A stretch of 64,000 nt of DNA from a virus, in the IMG/VR virus record IMGVR_UViG_3300009657_000001, positions 1 through 64,000 of that record. One strand, 5' to 3'. The notes under the pieces were generated by a model. That model was not told where the DNA came from and made no database searches. It was given only the letters and a program-made list of their open reading frames with translations. The position numbers and the translations under genes were made by a program. Within the stretch, counting starts at the first letter, position 1. Each line of letters starts with the position of its first letter. Below are positions 8,525 to 17,195 of the stretch, piece after piece.

Positions 8525-9607
8525 ATGAACATCAATCGTCGCATTGAATACACACGCACGTATCAAGACACAGCTTATTTGAAGCTCGTACAAAAGATTC
8601 TGAATGAAGGTTTCACGGTGATGGATCGTACCGGAACGGGCACCATCGGAATCAATGGCTACCAATGCGACTATGACATGTCGCGTCATTCGCGTTACAC
8701 TGACAGTGGTGTGCTGATTGTAGACAACTTCCCGCTGCTTACAACAAAGCGTGTGTATTTGAAGGGTATCGTCTACGAGTTGCTGTGGTTCCTACGCGGT
8801 GATACCAACATCAAGTATCTTGTCGACAATGATGTGAACATCTGGAATGATTGGCCACTCAAGGCATACAACAACCAGTACGCAATCATGCGTACGGTTC
8901 CGCCGATTTCGAAGACAGGTTCGCAAACAGCAACACTGGAAGAATTCGTTGAAGCGATAAAGACACGACCTGATTTTGCAAAGAATTATGGTGAACTTGG
9001 ACCTGTGTATGGTAAGCAATGGCGTGCTTGGGAAACACCAGAGGAAGCCCGTCTTGGTGGCGCTGGTGACCATGTTATTGATCAGCTTGCGCTGATGGTT
9101 GATCAATTGAAGAACAACAAGTTTTCGCGTCGCATCATTGTGAGTGCTTGGAATCCTGCTGACATTGATGAAATGGCGAAGGCTGGCCTTCCTCCCTGCC
9201 ATATGGAGTTTCAAGCTCTTGTGCGTCCGAACTCAGAAGACGAAACACGTCCGTATCTTGATCTTCAACTTTATATCCGCTCAAACGACATTTTTCTAGG
9301 TGCACCATTCAATATTGCATCGTATGCATTGTTGCTGTGTTTGCTTGCGAAGGAATGTGGATATCTTCCAGGTAAACTCATCTATATGATCGGATCGGCA
9401 CACATTTATCTCAATCATGTTGAACAAATGAAAGAACAATTGAGTCGCGAACCGCTGCGGTCGCCTACGCTTCACATTACCAATCGTCACGATAACTTGA
9501 GCATTCTTGAAACAGATGCAAATAGTGAGAATGCTTATCGTTATGATGATTTTGTGTTGACAAACTACGTTGCACACAAGCCGATTAAGGGTGCTGTTGC
9601 GGTTTAA
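8525..9607 (+). CDS. thyA: Thymidylate synthase (ThyA) with an internal insertion of about 60 aa
   Basis: Motifs are DRTGTGT, FPLLTTKR, LLWFLRGDTN, GPVYGKQWRAW, RRIIVSAWNP, LPPCH, RSNDIFLGAPFNIASYALL and HIYLNH, with the C-terminus KGAVAV. ATG at 8525 with RBS AAGGAAGG is preferred over the GTG at 8498 given in the ORF track. Confidence 0.9.
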   Translation: MNINRRIEYTRTYQDTAYLKLVQKILNEGFTVMDRTGTGTIGINGYQCDYDMSRHSRYTDSGVLIVDNFPLLTTKRVYLKGIVYELLWFLRGDTNIKYLVDNDVNIWNDWPLKAYNNQYAIMRTVPPISKTGSQTATLEEFVEAIKTRPDFAKNYGELGPVYGKQWRAWETPEEARLGGAGDHVIDQLALMVDQLKNNKFSRRIIVSAWNPADIDEMAKAGLPPCHMEFQALVRPNSEDETRPYLDLQLYIRSNDIFLGAPFNIASYALLLCLLAKECGYLPGKLIYMIGSAHIYLNHVEQMKEQLSREPLRSPTLHITNRHDNLSILETDANSENAYRYDDFVLTNYVAHKPIKGAVAV

Positions 9608-9618
9608 AGGAATCAATC

Positions 9619-9921
9619 ATGCATTTGAACGAATACATGCTAACAGTGCTGGGCGAAGAAGGTGTTGAAATCGCCCAGCGTGTGTCAAAAGCAAATCGGT
9701 TTGGGTTGAACGAGACCGAACCTGGTAAAACACTGAACAACGCTGAGCGCATTGAAGAAGAATTCATCGATATGATTGCAGTCTATCAATTGTGTGAATC
9801 CTTTGGAGTATTGCGAACACTTGACCTTGAGGATCGGGAGACCCAGAAACGCATTCGTGAAAAGAAAGCCAAAGTGCTCGAATACATGAATTATTCACGC
9901 GAACAAGGAACACTCGAATGA
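9619..9921 (+). CDS. MazG-like all-alpha nucleoside triphosphate pyrophosphohydrolase
   Basis: 100 aa with acidic metal-binding motifs LGEEGVEIAQR and ERIEEEFIDM. Confidence 0.5.
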   Translation: MHLNEYMLTVLGEEGVEIAQRVSKANRFGLNETEPGKTLNNAERIEEEFIDMIAVYQLCESFGVLRTLDLEDRETQKRIREKKAKVLEYMNYSREQGTLE

Positions 9922-10403
9922 GTGAAAACTACAATATTCCAACAAAAGGCGTTACCAATACAGCTTCTTTGAAACTCCCGAACAATCCTTTTGCTGCGGA
10001 TAATCAAAGTATCATCAACCGATTTGATTTGAACATCGAAATTGGTGTTGGCGAACTTCGCAACGCATTCTCGATGCTGATAAAAAGTATCGATCTTATC
10101 GAAGACGATCTCAATGACCGGTACTATATGATTATTCATGCAATGGAAACTGTTGATGGTATTGTTGAGCAAGTTAAAAAGCTTGTAATCGAAACAAAGC
10201 AATCATTCGAAATCACAATCTATAACAAACAAGGACACGCTGAAAAATCTCTGTCCTTGTCTGGTGAGTACGTTGATATTCGCCATTCAACACTGTTCGA
10301 CTGCAGTTATCCTGGATTTCAGCCGTTGGTAAAACACTTGTACTTTGAAATTTCTGTACACGCGGCAACCAAAATTAAAAACTTTGTTGGGAGAGATACA
10401 TGA
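9918..10403 (+). CDS. Hypothetical protein
   Basis: 161-aa ORF with ATGA overlaps at both ends, consistent with translational coupling. Confidence 0.6.
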   Translation: MSENYNIPTKGVTNTASLKLPNNPFAADNQSIINRFDLNIEIGVGELRNAFSMLIKSIDLIEDDLNDRYYMIIHAMETVDGIVEQVKKLVIETKQSFEITIYNKQGHAEKSLSLSGEYVDIRHSTLFDCSYPGFQPLVKHLYFEISVHAATKIKNFVGRDT

Positions 10404-10780
10404 ATATTTCATTAGACTTCGATGGGACTATAACCGCTGACCCAGATTTCTGGTACAAATTCTGTGTGCTTGCAAAAGCTGCCGGGCATCGTGTGTACAT
10501 CGTGACAATGCGTTATCCAGAAGAAGTGGTTGAAACGAAGACCGGACATGTATTCGATGCTCTGGTAGAGGACATTATCTATACGCACCGAAGTGCAAAA
10601 CGACCGTACGTCGAAAATCTTGGGATCGATATCGATATCTGGATCGATGATAACCCGCGCGCAGTTAACGAACACGCTGTACAAATTTGGCCACGTGTCT
10701 TCCCGAAGGGACACACAACACATGATAGAGTACATGTGCATACGTCGTACATGACACCGAATGAGATTGAGGATAAGTGA
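10400..10780 (+). CDS. HAD-superfamily hydrolase, possibly a nucleotidase
   Basis: Motif I is SLDFDGTIT and motif IV-like is IWIDDNP. The gene lies in a nucleotide-metabolism context. Confidence 0.6.
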   Translation: MNISLDFDGTITADPDFWYKFCVLAKAAGHRVYIVTMRYPEEVVETKTGHVFDALVEDIIYTHRSAKRPYVENLGIDIDIWIDDNPRAVNEHAVQIWPRVFPKGHTTHDRVHVHTSYMTPNEIEDK

Positions 10781-11296
10781 ATGGGTGGTATTATTCCGCA
10801 TCAAGAGATCATTCGACGCAACCGCGAAACAGCGTTGTTTGATGTTTTCTCTGAAACAAAACAAGTGGTAAATGGCAAAAGCTGGGGTGTTTCACAGGCG
10901 GGTTATGATGTACGCATCGCACAAGATGTTACGCTCTATCCCGTTACGCTTCCAAGTCTTGCGCTTGAACTCTTTGGTATTCGTCGTGATAGCTTCAAGC
11001 TTGCATCAACGGTTGAATATTTCTATATGCCAAATGATTTGATTGCTCGCGTTGCTGACAAAAGCACGTGGGCTCGTCTTGGTTTAGCTGTACAAAACAC
11101 AGTGATTGAGCCAGGCTGGCAAGGTTATCTCACACTCGAACTCACCAACCACAGCCGAGACGTGATTCGAATTCAAAAAGGTGAACCGATTGCACAGATC
11201 ATCTTTGAGCAATTAACAGAAGCAACAGAACAACCGTACAGTGGAAAGTACCAGTATCAAGAAAATCGTCCCGTCGACGCTATTCTGGAGAAGTAG
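10781..11296 (+). CDS. dcd: dCTP deaminase
   Basis: The segment KSTWARLGLAVQNTVIEPGWQGYLTLELTN matches the Dcd core (SSLARLGL...IDPGW.G...LE..N). The tail reads YSGKYQYQ. Confidence 0.8.
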   Translation: MGGIIPHQEIIRRNRETALFDVFSETKQVVNGKSWGVSQAGYDVRIAQDVTLYPVTLPSLALELFGIRRDSFKLASTVEYFYMPNDLIARVADKSTWARLGLAVQNTVIEPGWQGYLTLELTNHSRDVIRIQKGEPIAQIIFEQLTEATEQPYSGKYQYQENRPVDAILEK

Positions 11297-11572
11297 ATGA
11301 GAGTCATTGTCTTTCTTAGTCTTTTACTTTGTGCGGCTTTTTATGCTGGAATAGGTCTACTGTTTCATTGGGTATTGCTCGGAGATACAGTAAACTATGC
11401 GTCAGCCGGAAGTCTTGGAGTCATTATAGGATGGCCGCTTATCTTAACAGCAGCCATGATTGTGTTTGCTTTTGCTATTCTTGCTGGTGTTCTTGTATAC
11501 TCTGCAGTACAAGAGAAGTTTTTTCCAAATGAATTTGAACAACTTACCAAAGAAATCAGAAAGCGGCGATAA
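11297..11572 (+). CDS. Small membrane protein (2 TM)
   Basis: Two long hydrophobic segments and a basic C-terminus. The gene is abutted by dcd and dut. Confidence 0.55.
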   Translation: MRVIVFLSLLLCAAFYAGIGLLFHWVLLGDTVNYASAGSLGVIIGWPLILTAAMIVFAFAILAGVLVYSAVQEKFFPNEFEQLTKEIRKRR

Positions 11573-12009
11573 TGACAACCTACGTTCCGATTAAGGTTAA
11601 GCTCGCGTCAGGTGCGAAGCTTCCTGAACATGCAAATAGCTTTGCTGTTGGTGCTGATATTCATGCTTTGGAGTACACTGAACTCTACGGGCATCAACGT
11701 TATGCACTGCGCACAGGTGTGTACATTGAAATACCACCTGATTATGAAATTCAAGTGCGTGGTAAGAGTGGTCTCGCACTCAAGCATGGTTTACAAGTTT
11801 TGAACAGCCCAGGGACAATCGATCCGGATTATCGTGGCGAGATCGTCGTGATCATGTTAAATACGTCAACAGAAATGTACGTCGTTAAACCCGGTGATAA
11901 GATCGCACAGTTGGTGATCGCGCCGCGCTTCTTTGGTGGCTACACAGAAGTTGATGAATTGAGTGAAACAGAGCGAGGCGTCAATGGATTCGGCAGTACA
12001 GGAAAGTAA
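11572..12009 (+). CDS. dut: dUTP pyrophosphatase (trimeric dUTPase)
   Basis: Motifs are AVGADIHA, GKSGLALKHG, NSPGTIDPDYRGEI, GDKIAQLVI and RGVNGFGSTGK. Confidence 0.9.
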   Translation: MTTYVPIKVKLASGAKLPEHANSFAVGADIHALEYTELYGHQRYALRTGVYIEIPPDYEIQVRGKSGLALKHGLQVLNSPGTIDPDYRGEIVVIMLNTSTEMYVVKPGDKIAQLVIAPRFFGGYTEVDELSETERGVNGFGSTGK

Positions 12010-12574
12010 ATTCCTCTACGCACTTGTGGAAGGTAAGAAACAATATTTTCAAGACGTTGTGCGTTCGTCAGAATCCGAATCTCCGTTGGTCTTCTATTGG
12101 GGTGAAGACAGGGCACACGCAAAGCCGCTAACAGACGAACAAGCGTTGAGCTTATCTGAGATTTTAGTTGAATCAGAAATCGCCAAAGACATAGAATTGA
12201 TCAATGTTCCGGATAATTTTGTTCAATTGACGTTAGCTGTTGATCTTGAACCGGCAAACAAAGCAATTCGATTGCATCGTGAACGCGCTCATGTTTTGAA
12301 AGCCCTCGAACATCAGAAAGACTATTACAAGCGGTTTGATGGATTCCGTGGAAGTCGATTTTGTTGCGATGAGTGCTTAGGACACCACGAGCCGTACATG
12401 ATTCAGGACGAATTGTGGTTGTCGATTATGCCAAATCGAAAAGGTAGTCTATGTTTCGATTGTGTCGAGAAGAAACTTGGCCGTAAATTAACAATAGAAG
12501 ACTTTCACAATGGTGCCGTGAATAACCCGATCTTCTTCGGATATTTGCTTGCGCTACGAACAATAGAAGAGTGA
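11984..12574 (+). CDS. Hypothetical protein with a C-terminal CxxC...CxxC zinc motif
   Basis: ATG at 11984 follows GAGGCG. The zinc motif reads CCDECLGHH...LCFDCVEKK. The start is uncertain; the ORF track begins at 11963. Confidence 0.55.
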   Translation: MDSAVQESKFLYALVEGKKQYFQDVVRSSESESPLVFYWGEDRAHAKPLTDEQALSLSEILVESEIAKDIELINVPDNFVQLTLAVDLEPANKAIRLHRERAHVLKALEHQKDYYKRFDGFRGSRFCCDECLGHHEPYMIQDELWLSIMPNRKGSLCFDCVEKKLGRKLTIEDFHNGAVNNPIFFGYLLALRTIEE

Positions 12575-12578
12575 TACA

Positions 12579-14687
12579 ATGTTCGGGAACAACACAGCCA
12601 CAGGCAAGAGCTTCTTCCGTGACAACGCAGAAGCTCAAGCTGGTAAATTGCTCGTGACGTCCATGTTCTACACTCTGCAAGGTGAAGGGCCGTATCGTGG
12701 TGAACCCGCGTTCTTCATTCGCCTTGCGAAGTGCCAACTCCAATGCAGCTTTTGCTTTCCGACGTATAAAACCATCCGGACAGCAAATCGTGGTCTCGTC
12801 GCAATGGGTGATTTGAGAAAAGGTGACATTCTCTATACGTTGGATGAAAATCTGCAATTGACAACTACCAAAGTCACGAAAACAATGCGACGCGAGGTTG
12901 AAGCGGAAGACTTAGTGAACGTAAGTTACGTTACGGACGAAGGCAAAGAGGGTAGTCTAGTTTGTACAAACGAACACCCATTCCATGTCAAGAATCATCC
13001 AAGTGGCAAAGAATATATTCCTGCTGATCACCTTGCAACAGGTGACATCGTCTATTCTGTTTCTGGTAGTGATCGAATTGCGTTCAAAATGAAACAGAAT
13101 AATCCCATGAAGAACAAAAAGACAGCTAAGAAAGTAGCAAAAACTCTTTCCGAAGGCTATTCATCTGGAGAACTTATTCCGTATAAGCGGTCCAAAAAAT
13201 GGCGTAAAGCGCAAGCGCAACGCATGTCGGAAAACAATCCTATGTTCGATTTGCAAGCGCGTAAGTCTATGATGCAAAATAAGATCTATGCGAAGTCCGG
13301 TCTCGAAAAACTTGCACATAAGAAGTTTAAGAAAATTGTTGATGATATTCGTTATGTGGGTAACAAGCCAGACTTCGTTGTTGGGAACGATGAGATAGGC
13401 TACTTGCGCCCAGATTTTGTTATCAAAGGAACACGCAAAGTTATCGAAGTTTATGATCCAACTTTTAAGCCTTATGTACGTGATACTCAAGCGGAACAAA
13501 AGGCTTATGAGGACAACAGGCGACAACACTACAAGAAAGCTGGTTATCGCGTTATCTTCTTTAAGGCTGATGAGTTTAACTGGCGCATTGGTCAGGGCAA
13601 AGGTAATAAAACACTTCCCGATACCTTTAAGAAGAAAGAATTCATTCGTAAGCTTTGTGATTTTGTATATAATGGAGCAAGAATTACATCAGTTGAACCT
13701 TTGAACAAAAGGCAGTATGCGCGTGTTCGATTTACCTGCAATCCTGATACAGGTGTAGCAGAAGTTGCCAATGTATCCTGCGAACCGCATAATCATTATC
13801 TTATTGATGGCTTGCATGTTCATAATTGCGATACGTTCTTTGATGACGGTCAGTGGCTGTCTCTTGATGAGATTGACAAGCTTGTTGACATTGAGATCGA
13901 ACGATTCTTCACCGATCAAGCTAAAGTCGTGCCTCACTGGGCACAATACAGAGCTCCAACGTATACAGCAGAAACAAAGCGCAATGCGGCTCCAGCATTG
14001 AAGCGATTGAATGAAGCTGTGCGAGAAGCTTCTGGTCACAAACGACAAATGGTTCTTGTTATTACTGGTGGTGAACCAACTCTGCAAAACATCAAGCCAC
14101 TGCTAGAGTGGGGTGCGGCGCACTTTAAGAACACACAGATTGAATCGAACGGCATTACAGTGTCTGCGGATGCACTTCCTGCCTCAACAACGGTTGTTGT
14201 ATCTCCAAAATGCCGTGAAGAAGATCGTATCAAAGATGAACCAGAGAATGGTAAGGTTGCTGTTGCGTATTTAAAACCGAGTCAAGCGATGCTTGATCGT
14301 GCCGATTGCTTGAAATTTGTGATGGAAGCCGGTTGGTGGTGGAACGATCCCGATGACCATCTTAAAGGTTACATCAGCGTACCGTCGGCGTACACGTCTA
14401 TTCCGGATTGGGCACATGATTGGGCTGCAAAGACCGGCAAGCCAATCTTTCTATCGCCGATGAACATCTATAAGCAGCTACCGCAAAAAGCCAAAGAATT
14501 GCGTGCGAAGAACACGGAAACAACCATCGAACAACGCTCGCACTACGATGAAGTTGTTTCGTTCTGGCAGGAAGGCTTGCTCGATATGGAAGCGAACAAA
14601 CGCAATCATGAATGGGCAGCACGATATGCAATCGAACACGGATTTATTTTCAACGTACAAATCCATCTTCTGGCGAGTCTCGCATGA
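12579..14687 (+). CDS. queE: 7-carboxy-7-deazaguanine synthase (radical-SAM QueE), interrupted by an intein
   Basis: The N-terminus reads TLQGEGPYRGEPAFFIRLAKCQLQCSF. After splicing the cluster motif becomes CQLQCSFCDT (Cx3Cx2C). Downstream motifs are VITGGEPTL and IESNG. Confidence 0.8.
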   Translation: MFGNNTATGKSFFRDNAEAQAGKLLVTSMFYTLQGEGPYRGEPAFFIRLAKCQLQCSFCFPTYKTIRTANRGLVAMGDLRKGDILYTLDENLQLTTTKVTKTMRREVEAEDLVNVSYVTDEGKEGSLVCTNEHPFHVKNHPSGKEYIPADHLATGDIVYSVSGSDRIAFKMKQNNPMKNKKTAKKVAKTLSEGYSSGELIPYKRSKKWRKAQAQRMSENNPMFDLQARKSMMQNKIYAKSGLEKLAHKKFKKIVDDIRYVGNKPDFVVGNDEIGYLRPDFVIKGTRKVIEVYDPTFKPYVRDTQAEQKAYEDNRRQHYKKAGYRVIFFKADEFNWRIGQGKGNKTLPDTFKKKEFIRKLCDFVYNGARITSVEPLNKRQYARVRFTCNPDTGVAEVANVSCEPHNHYLIDGLHVHNCDTFFDDGQWLSLDEIDKLVDIEIERFFTDQAKVVPHWAQYRAPTYTAETKRNAAPALKRLNEAVREASGHKRQMVLVITGGEPTLQNIKPLLEWGAAHFKNTQIESNGITVSADALPASTTVVVSPKCREEDRIKDEPENGKVAVAYLKPSQAMLDRADCLKFVMEAGWWWNDPDDHLKGYISVPSAYTSIPDWAHDWAAKTGKPIFLSPMNIYKQLPQKAKELRAKNTETTIEQRSHYDEVVSFWQEGLLDMEANKRNHEWAARYAIEHGFIFNVQIHLLASLA
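12753..13826 (+). mobile_element. Intein (358 aa) with NUMOD-like repeats and a PD-(D/E)XK (Vsr-like) endonuclease domain, inserted in the QueE Fe-S cluster motif
   Basis: It starts with Cys (CFPTYKTIRT). Block B is CTNEHPF. It ends LHVHN, followed by a +1 Cys at 13827. The interior has NNPMKNKK and ENNPMFD repeats and the segment RPDFVIKGTRKVIEVYD...GYRVIFF. Confidence 0.8.
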
Positions 14688-14699
14688 TAGTAGACGGTC

Positions 14700-15029
14700 A
14701 TGAGTAACATCGAAAAGCTAAAAACTTTCAAAACACCTGACACGCGTCTTTATGAGAATGCCAGAGACGCGTGTCTGAGCATCCTTCCGGAAATAGTAGC
14801 GCGTATCAAAAAGCTGTACCCAAGTCTTGACACAGAGGCGATGGAGCGATTTGACCCGGAGTTCTACTGTCCTTTGGTCGATTACTTTATAGATTCTGTC
14901 CGTCGTTTGCAAAATGACGAATTGCAAAATACGACACAGAATTCATTCAATCTTAATTCCTTCCTATCGAATGACACTCTGGTTAGCTATGGTGGGAGAG
15001 ATGGGGATACTACTGGATCAACTGATTGA
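14700..15029 (+). CDS. Hypothetical protein
   Basis: 109-aa ORF on the + strand, starting 13 nt after the queE stop. Confidence 0.5.
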   Translation: MSNIEKLKTFKTPDTRLYENARDACLSILPEIVARIKKLYPSLDTEAMERFDPEFYCPLVDYFIDSVRRLQNDELQNTTQNSFNLNSFLSNDTLVSYGGRDGDTTGSTD

Positions 15030-15255
15030 GATATACGGTTATAAGGGTCGGGAAGCTGGGTTTGAGCACACAATCGATTTAACAGCGTATCTTGATCAAC
15101 CACTGAACATTTTGTACCAACGTATCAGTGAAGAGTCACTCAAAAGCTATTACTTGAAATTCCCGAGTATGGTTTTTGTTGGTGAGGGTGCTGTTTTTAA
15201 GTTGAATAAGCACCAGGTTAACTTAAAAACAACACAAAATTCCTTTAAAAAGTGA
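14989..15255 (+). CDS. Hypothetical protein (start uncertain)
   Basis: The ORF is open from 14914. An internal ATG at 14989 or 15001 keeps the overlap with the upstream gene small. Confidence 0.4.
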   Translation: MVGEMGILLDQLIEIYGYKGREAGFEHTIDLTAYLDQPLNILYQRISEESLKSYYLKFPSMVFVGEGAVFKLNKHQVNLKTTQNSFKK

Positions 15256-15261
15256 CAGAAA

Positions 15262-15292
15262 TTGCTACCTTCTTGGGCGTATATCTTATACT
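15262..15292 (+). promoter_or_regulatory. Possible sigma70-like promoter (TTGCTA-19 nt-TATACT)
   Basis: It lies in the 149-nt gap upstream of 15405. The spacer is longer than optimal. Confidence 0.3.
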
Positions 15293-15404
15293 CCAATTTT
15301 CTGTGACTTGTTCAGTGAAACAAAGTTTATTGAGTCTCATAAAATGGTGTTCCGCCGCATACCCGCGTATGCGATTGATGTACCTTTGAGTAGGTTATTG
15401 GGTC

Positions 15405-15794
15405 ATGCTAAACAAGATTCTTGAGAAAAAGGTGGAAATACTAGAACGAGAAAACGATGAACTTCGGAATGAAAATTCGGAATTGCGTTCGCTGCTTCAA
15501 CCAACGTTTGTATTTCCGGTGGAGTGGGGTATTCCGCGCCGCCAAGAACAAGTTCTTATTCTACTGTGTGAGTTACGTAGTTTACTGACCAAAGATAACT
15601 ACAGAATGCTTGCTTATAAGTATGATGAAGACGTGGATCTCAACGTTCTGGAAGCGTATGTATCAAAGTTGCGTAAAAAGCTTAGTTTCTTGGGAATTCC
15701 TGTAACGATTCATTCTGAACGCTTCAAAGGTTACTGGATAGATGACCACGGTAAAGAATACCTGAAACAGTTTAAGGCTACAGAAAATGTTTAA
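15405..15794 (+). CDS. Coiled-coil plus OmpR/PhoB-type winged-helix DNA-binding protein without a receiver domain, paralog 1
   Basis: The N-terminal heptads read KKVEILERENDELRNENSELRSL. The C-terminus reads EWGIPRRQEQVLILL...LEAYVSKLRKKL...IHSERFKGYWI, the trans_reg_C pattern. Confidence 0.65.
   Translation: MLNKILEKKVEILERENDELRNENSELRSLLQPTFVFPVEWGIPRRQEQVLILLCELRSLLTKDNYRMLAYKYDEDVDLNVLEAYVSKLRKKLSFLGIPVTIHSERFKGYWIDDHGKEYLKQFKATENV
15750..15761 (+). promoter_or_regulatory. Phage promoter-like motif CGGTAAAGAATA, inside the 3' end of the upstream gene
   Basis: It ends 26 nt upstream of the queD ATG, the same spacing as the intergenic copies. Confidence 0.4.
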
Positions 15795-16287
15795 TCATCG
15801 TGTTTTCCGATACAACTCTACCAAGTTTTACCGAGAGCTAGGCCCTGTTGCTTATCGTCAGTGGCGCGCAGACTCGCATTGTAATCAGCTACATGGTTAC
15901 GCGCTGAGCTTTCTATTTCATTTCTCGTCGGACGATGTTGACGTTCGAAATTGGGTTGTTGATTTTGGAGCTTTGAAGCCTCTCAAAGAAAAGCTTCAAG
16001 AGTGGTTCGACCACACACTTCTTGTTGCGATGGATGATCCTGAAATCGAGCACTTTCTTGCGCTTCACAAAGCGAAACTTGCGCGTGTGGTAGAAGTCGA
16101 ACGCACAGGCTGCGAAGGGATTGCAGATTTCTTGTATCGCTATATTAACAATCCAGAAGACGGCTTTATGAAATCGCTGGGTTATAGTAATGTCTGGTGT
16201 ACGCGCATTGAAGTGCGCGAAACAGAAGCGAACATGGCCTATGTTGAAGGAACACCAGAAACGTGGTCCCTATTTGAGGAAGAATAA
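15787..16287 (+). CDS. queD: 6-carboxy-5,6,7,8-tetrahydropterin synthase (QueD/PTPS family)
   Basis: Motifs are HCNQLHGYALSF (Cys plus Zn-His motif), NWVVDFGALK, FDHTLL and VRETEANMAY. Confidence 0.75.
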   Translation: MFNHRVFRYNSTKFYRELGPVAYRQWRADSHCNQLHGYALSFLFHFSSDDVDVRNWVVDFGALKPLKEKLQEWFDHTLLVAMDDPEIEHFLALHKAKLARVVEVERTGCEGIADFLYRYINNPEDGFMKSLGYSNVWCTRIEVRETEANMAYVEGTPETWSLFEEE

Positions 16288-17195
16288 TGCACGACAATGA
16301 TATTGCAGTTGAGGCTGAGCTTGGTGGTATTTCGGATGCTCTTAGTAATCATCGACTTATCCAACCTCTCCATCTTGCACAGAATGTATTAAAGTACAGC
16401 ACAGTTCAAGATTTTGAACCTGATTTTCGAATGGTTGATCCTCACACGCTTTGGGTTGACGACACGTATCAACGAAGCCCAACCAAGAACTCGATTCGTC
16501 TTGTAAAGAAGATTGTTGAGACCTGGTCTTGGGATAACTTCAAACCACCAATCGTTACCGAATACAACGATTGTCTTTTTGTGGTAGACGGACAGCACAC
16601 GTCCATTGCGGCAGCAACGCACCCGGATATTAAACGAATCCCGGTGTTTGTCATTGGTATCGATCAAGTTTCAGACGCTGCCAAAGCATTCATCGCACAC
16701 AATATGAATCGAACAGCCGTCAATCCGATTCAGTTGTTTAAAGCAAGCATCGAAGCGGGTGATGACGAAGCAATTTCAATTAACATGGCTCTACAACGCG
16801 CCAATGTTAAGCTGTCTTACGGAGCAAACCTCGAAGAACGTATTGGGCATTGTGCGTGTCTTGGAACACTAAAGTCTGTGTTCAATAAGTACGGAATGAT
16901 GAACTTGCGTATTACACTTGATATTTGCGTGGCAAGTAAACTTGCACCAATTCAAGCACATTATGTGGTGGCTATTTCAGAATTGATGTTTGCAAAAGAA
17001 CACAAGTCGAAGTACGATCCACAAGGCATTGCGCTTGCTATTCGAGATTATCCTTACAACAAACTTGTTGCTGACATTGAAAGTCAATCCCGACTTAACA
17101 AAGAGCATCGACAAGTAACTGCTGTTCGAATGATCAAAAACAAGTATGAATCAATGTTTGGAACCGTTGATGCATCAACAACAAACAGTGAATGA
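16287..17195 (+). CDS. ParB/Srx-fold protein with a DGQH motif (DndB/DpdB-like)
   Basis: Motifs are LWVDDTYQR and CLFVVDGQHTSIAAA, a variant of the DGQHR signature. The start forms a TAATG overlap with the queD stop. Confidence 0.6.
   Translation: MHDNDIAVEAELGGISDALSNHRLIQPLHLAQNVLKYSTVQDFEPDFRMVDPHTLWVDDTYQRSPTKNSIRLVKKIVETWSWDNFKPPIVTEYNDCLFVVDGQHTSIAAATHPDIKRIPVFVIGIDQVSDAAKAFIAHNMNRTAVNPIQLFKASIEAGDDEAISINMALQRANVKLSYGANLEERIGHCACLGTLKSVFNKYGMMNLRITLDICVASKLAPIQAHYVVAISELMFAKEHKSKYDPQGIALAIRDYPYNKLVADIESQSRLNKEHRQVTAVRMIKNKYESMFGTVDASTTNSE

Noticed and set aside
8525-9607. ThyA homolog read as a dUMP or dCMP hydroxymethylase (base hypermodification).
   Set aside because: The protein keeps the canonical TS features visible by eye. 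These are the Asn of PFNIASY (dUMP specificity), LPPCH, GPVYGKQWRAW and an intact C-terminal KGAVAV closing segment. The ~60-aa insertion is at the position of the known Lactobacillus-type TS insert. Sequence alone cannot exclude hydroxymethylase activity, but nothing supports it.
14914-15029. The overlap between ORFs 14700-15029 and 14914-15255 read as a programmed frameshift.
   Set aside because: I saw no slippery sequence. Internal ATGs at 14989 and 15001 reduce the overlap to a normal coupled junction.
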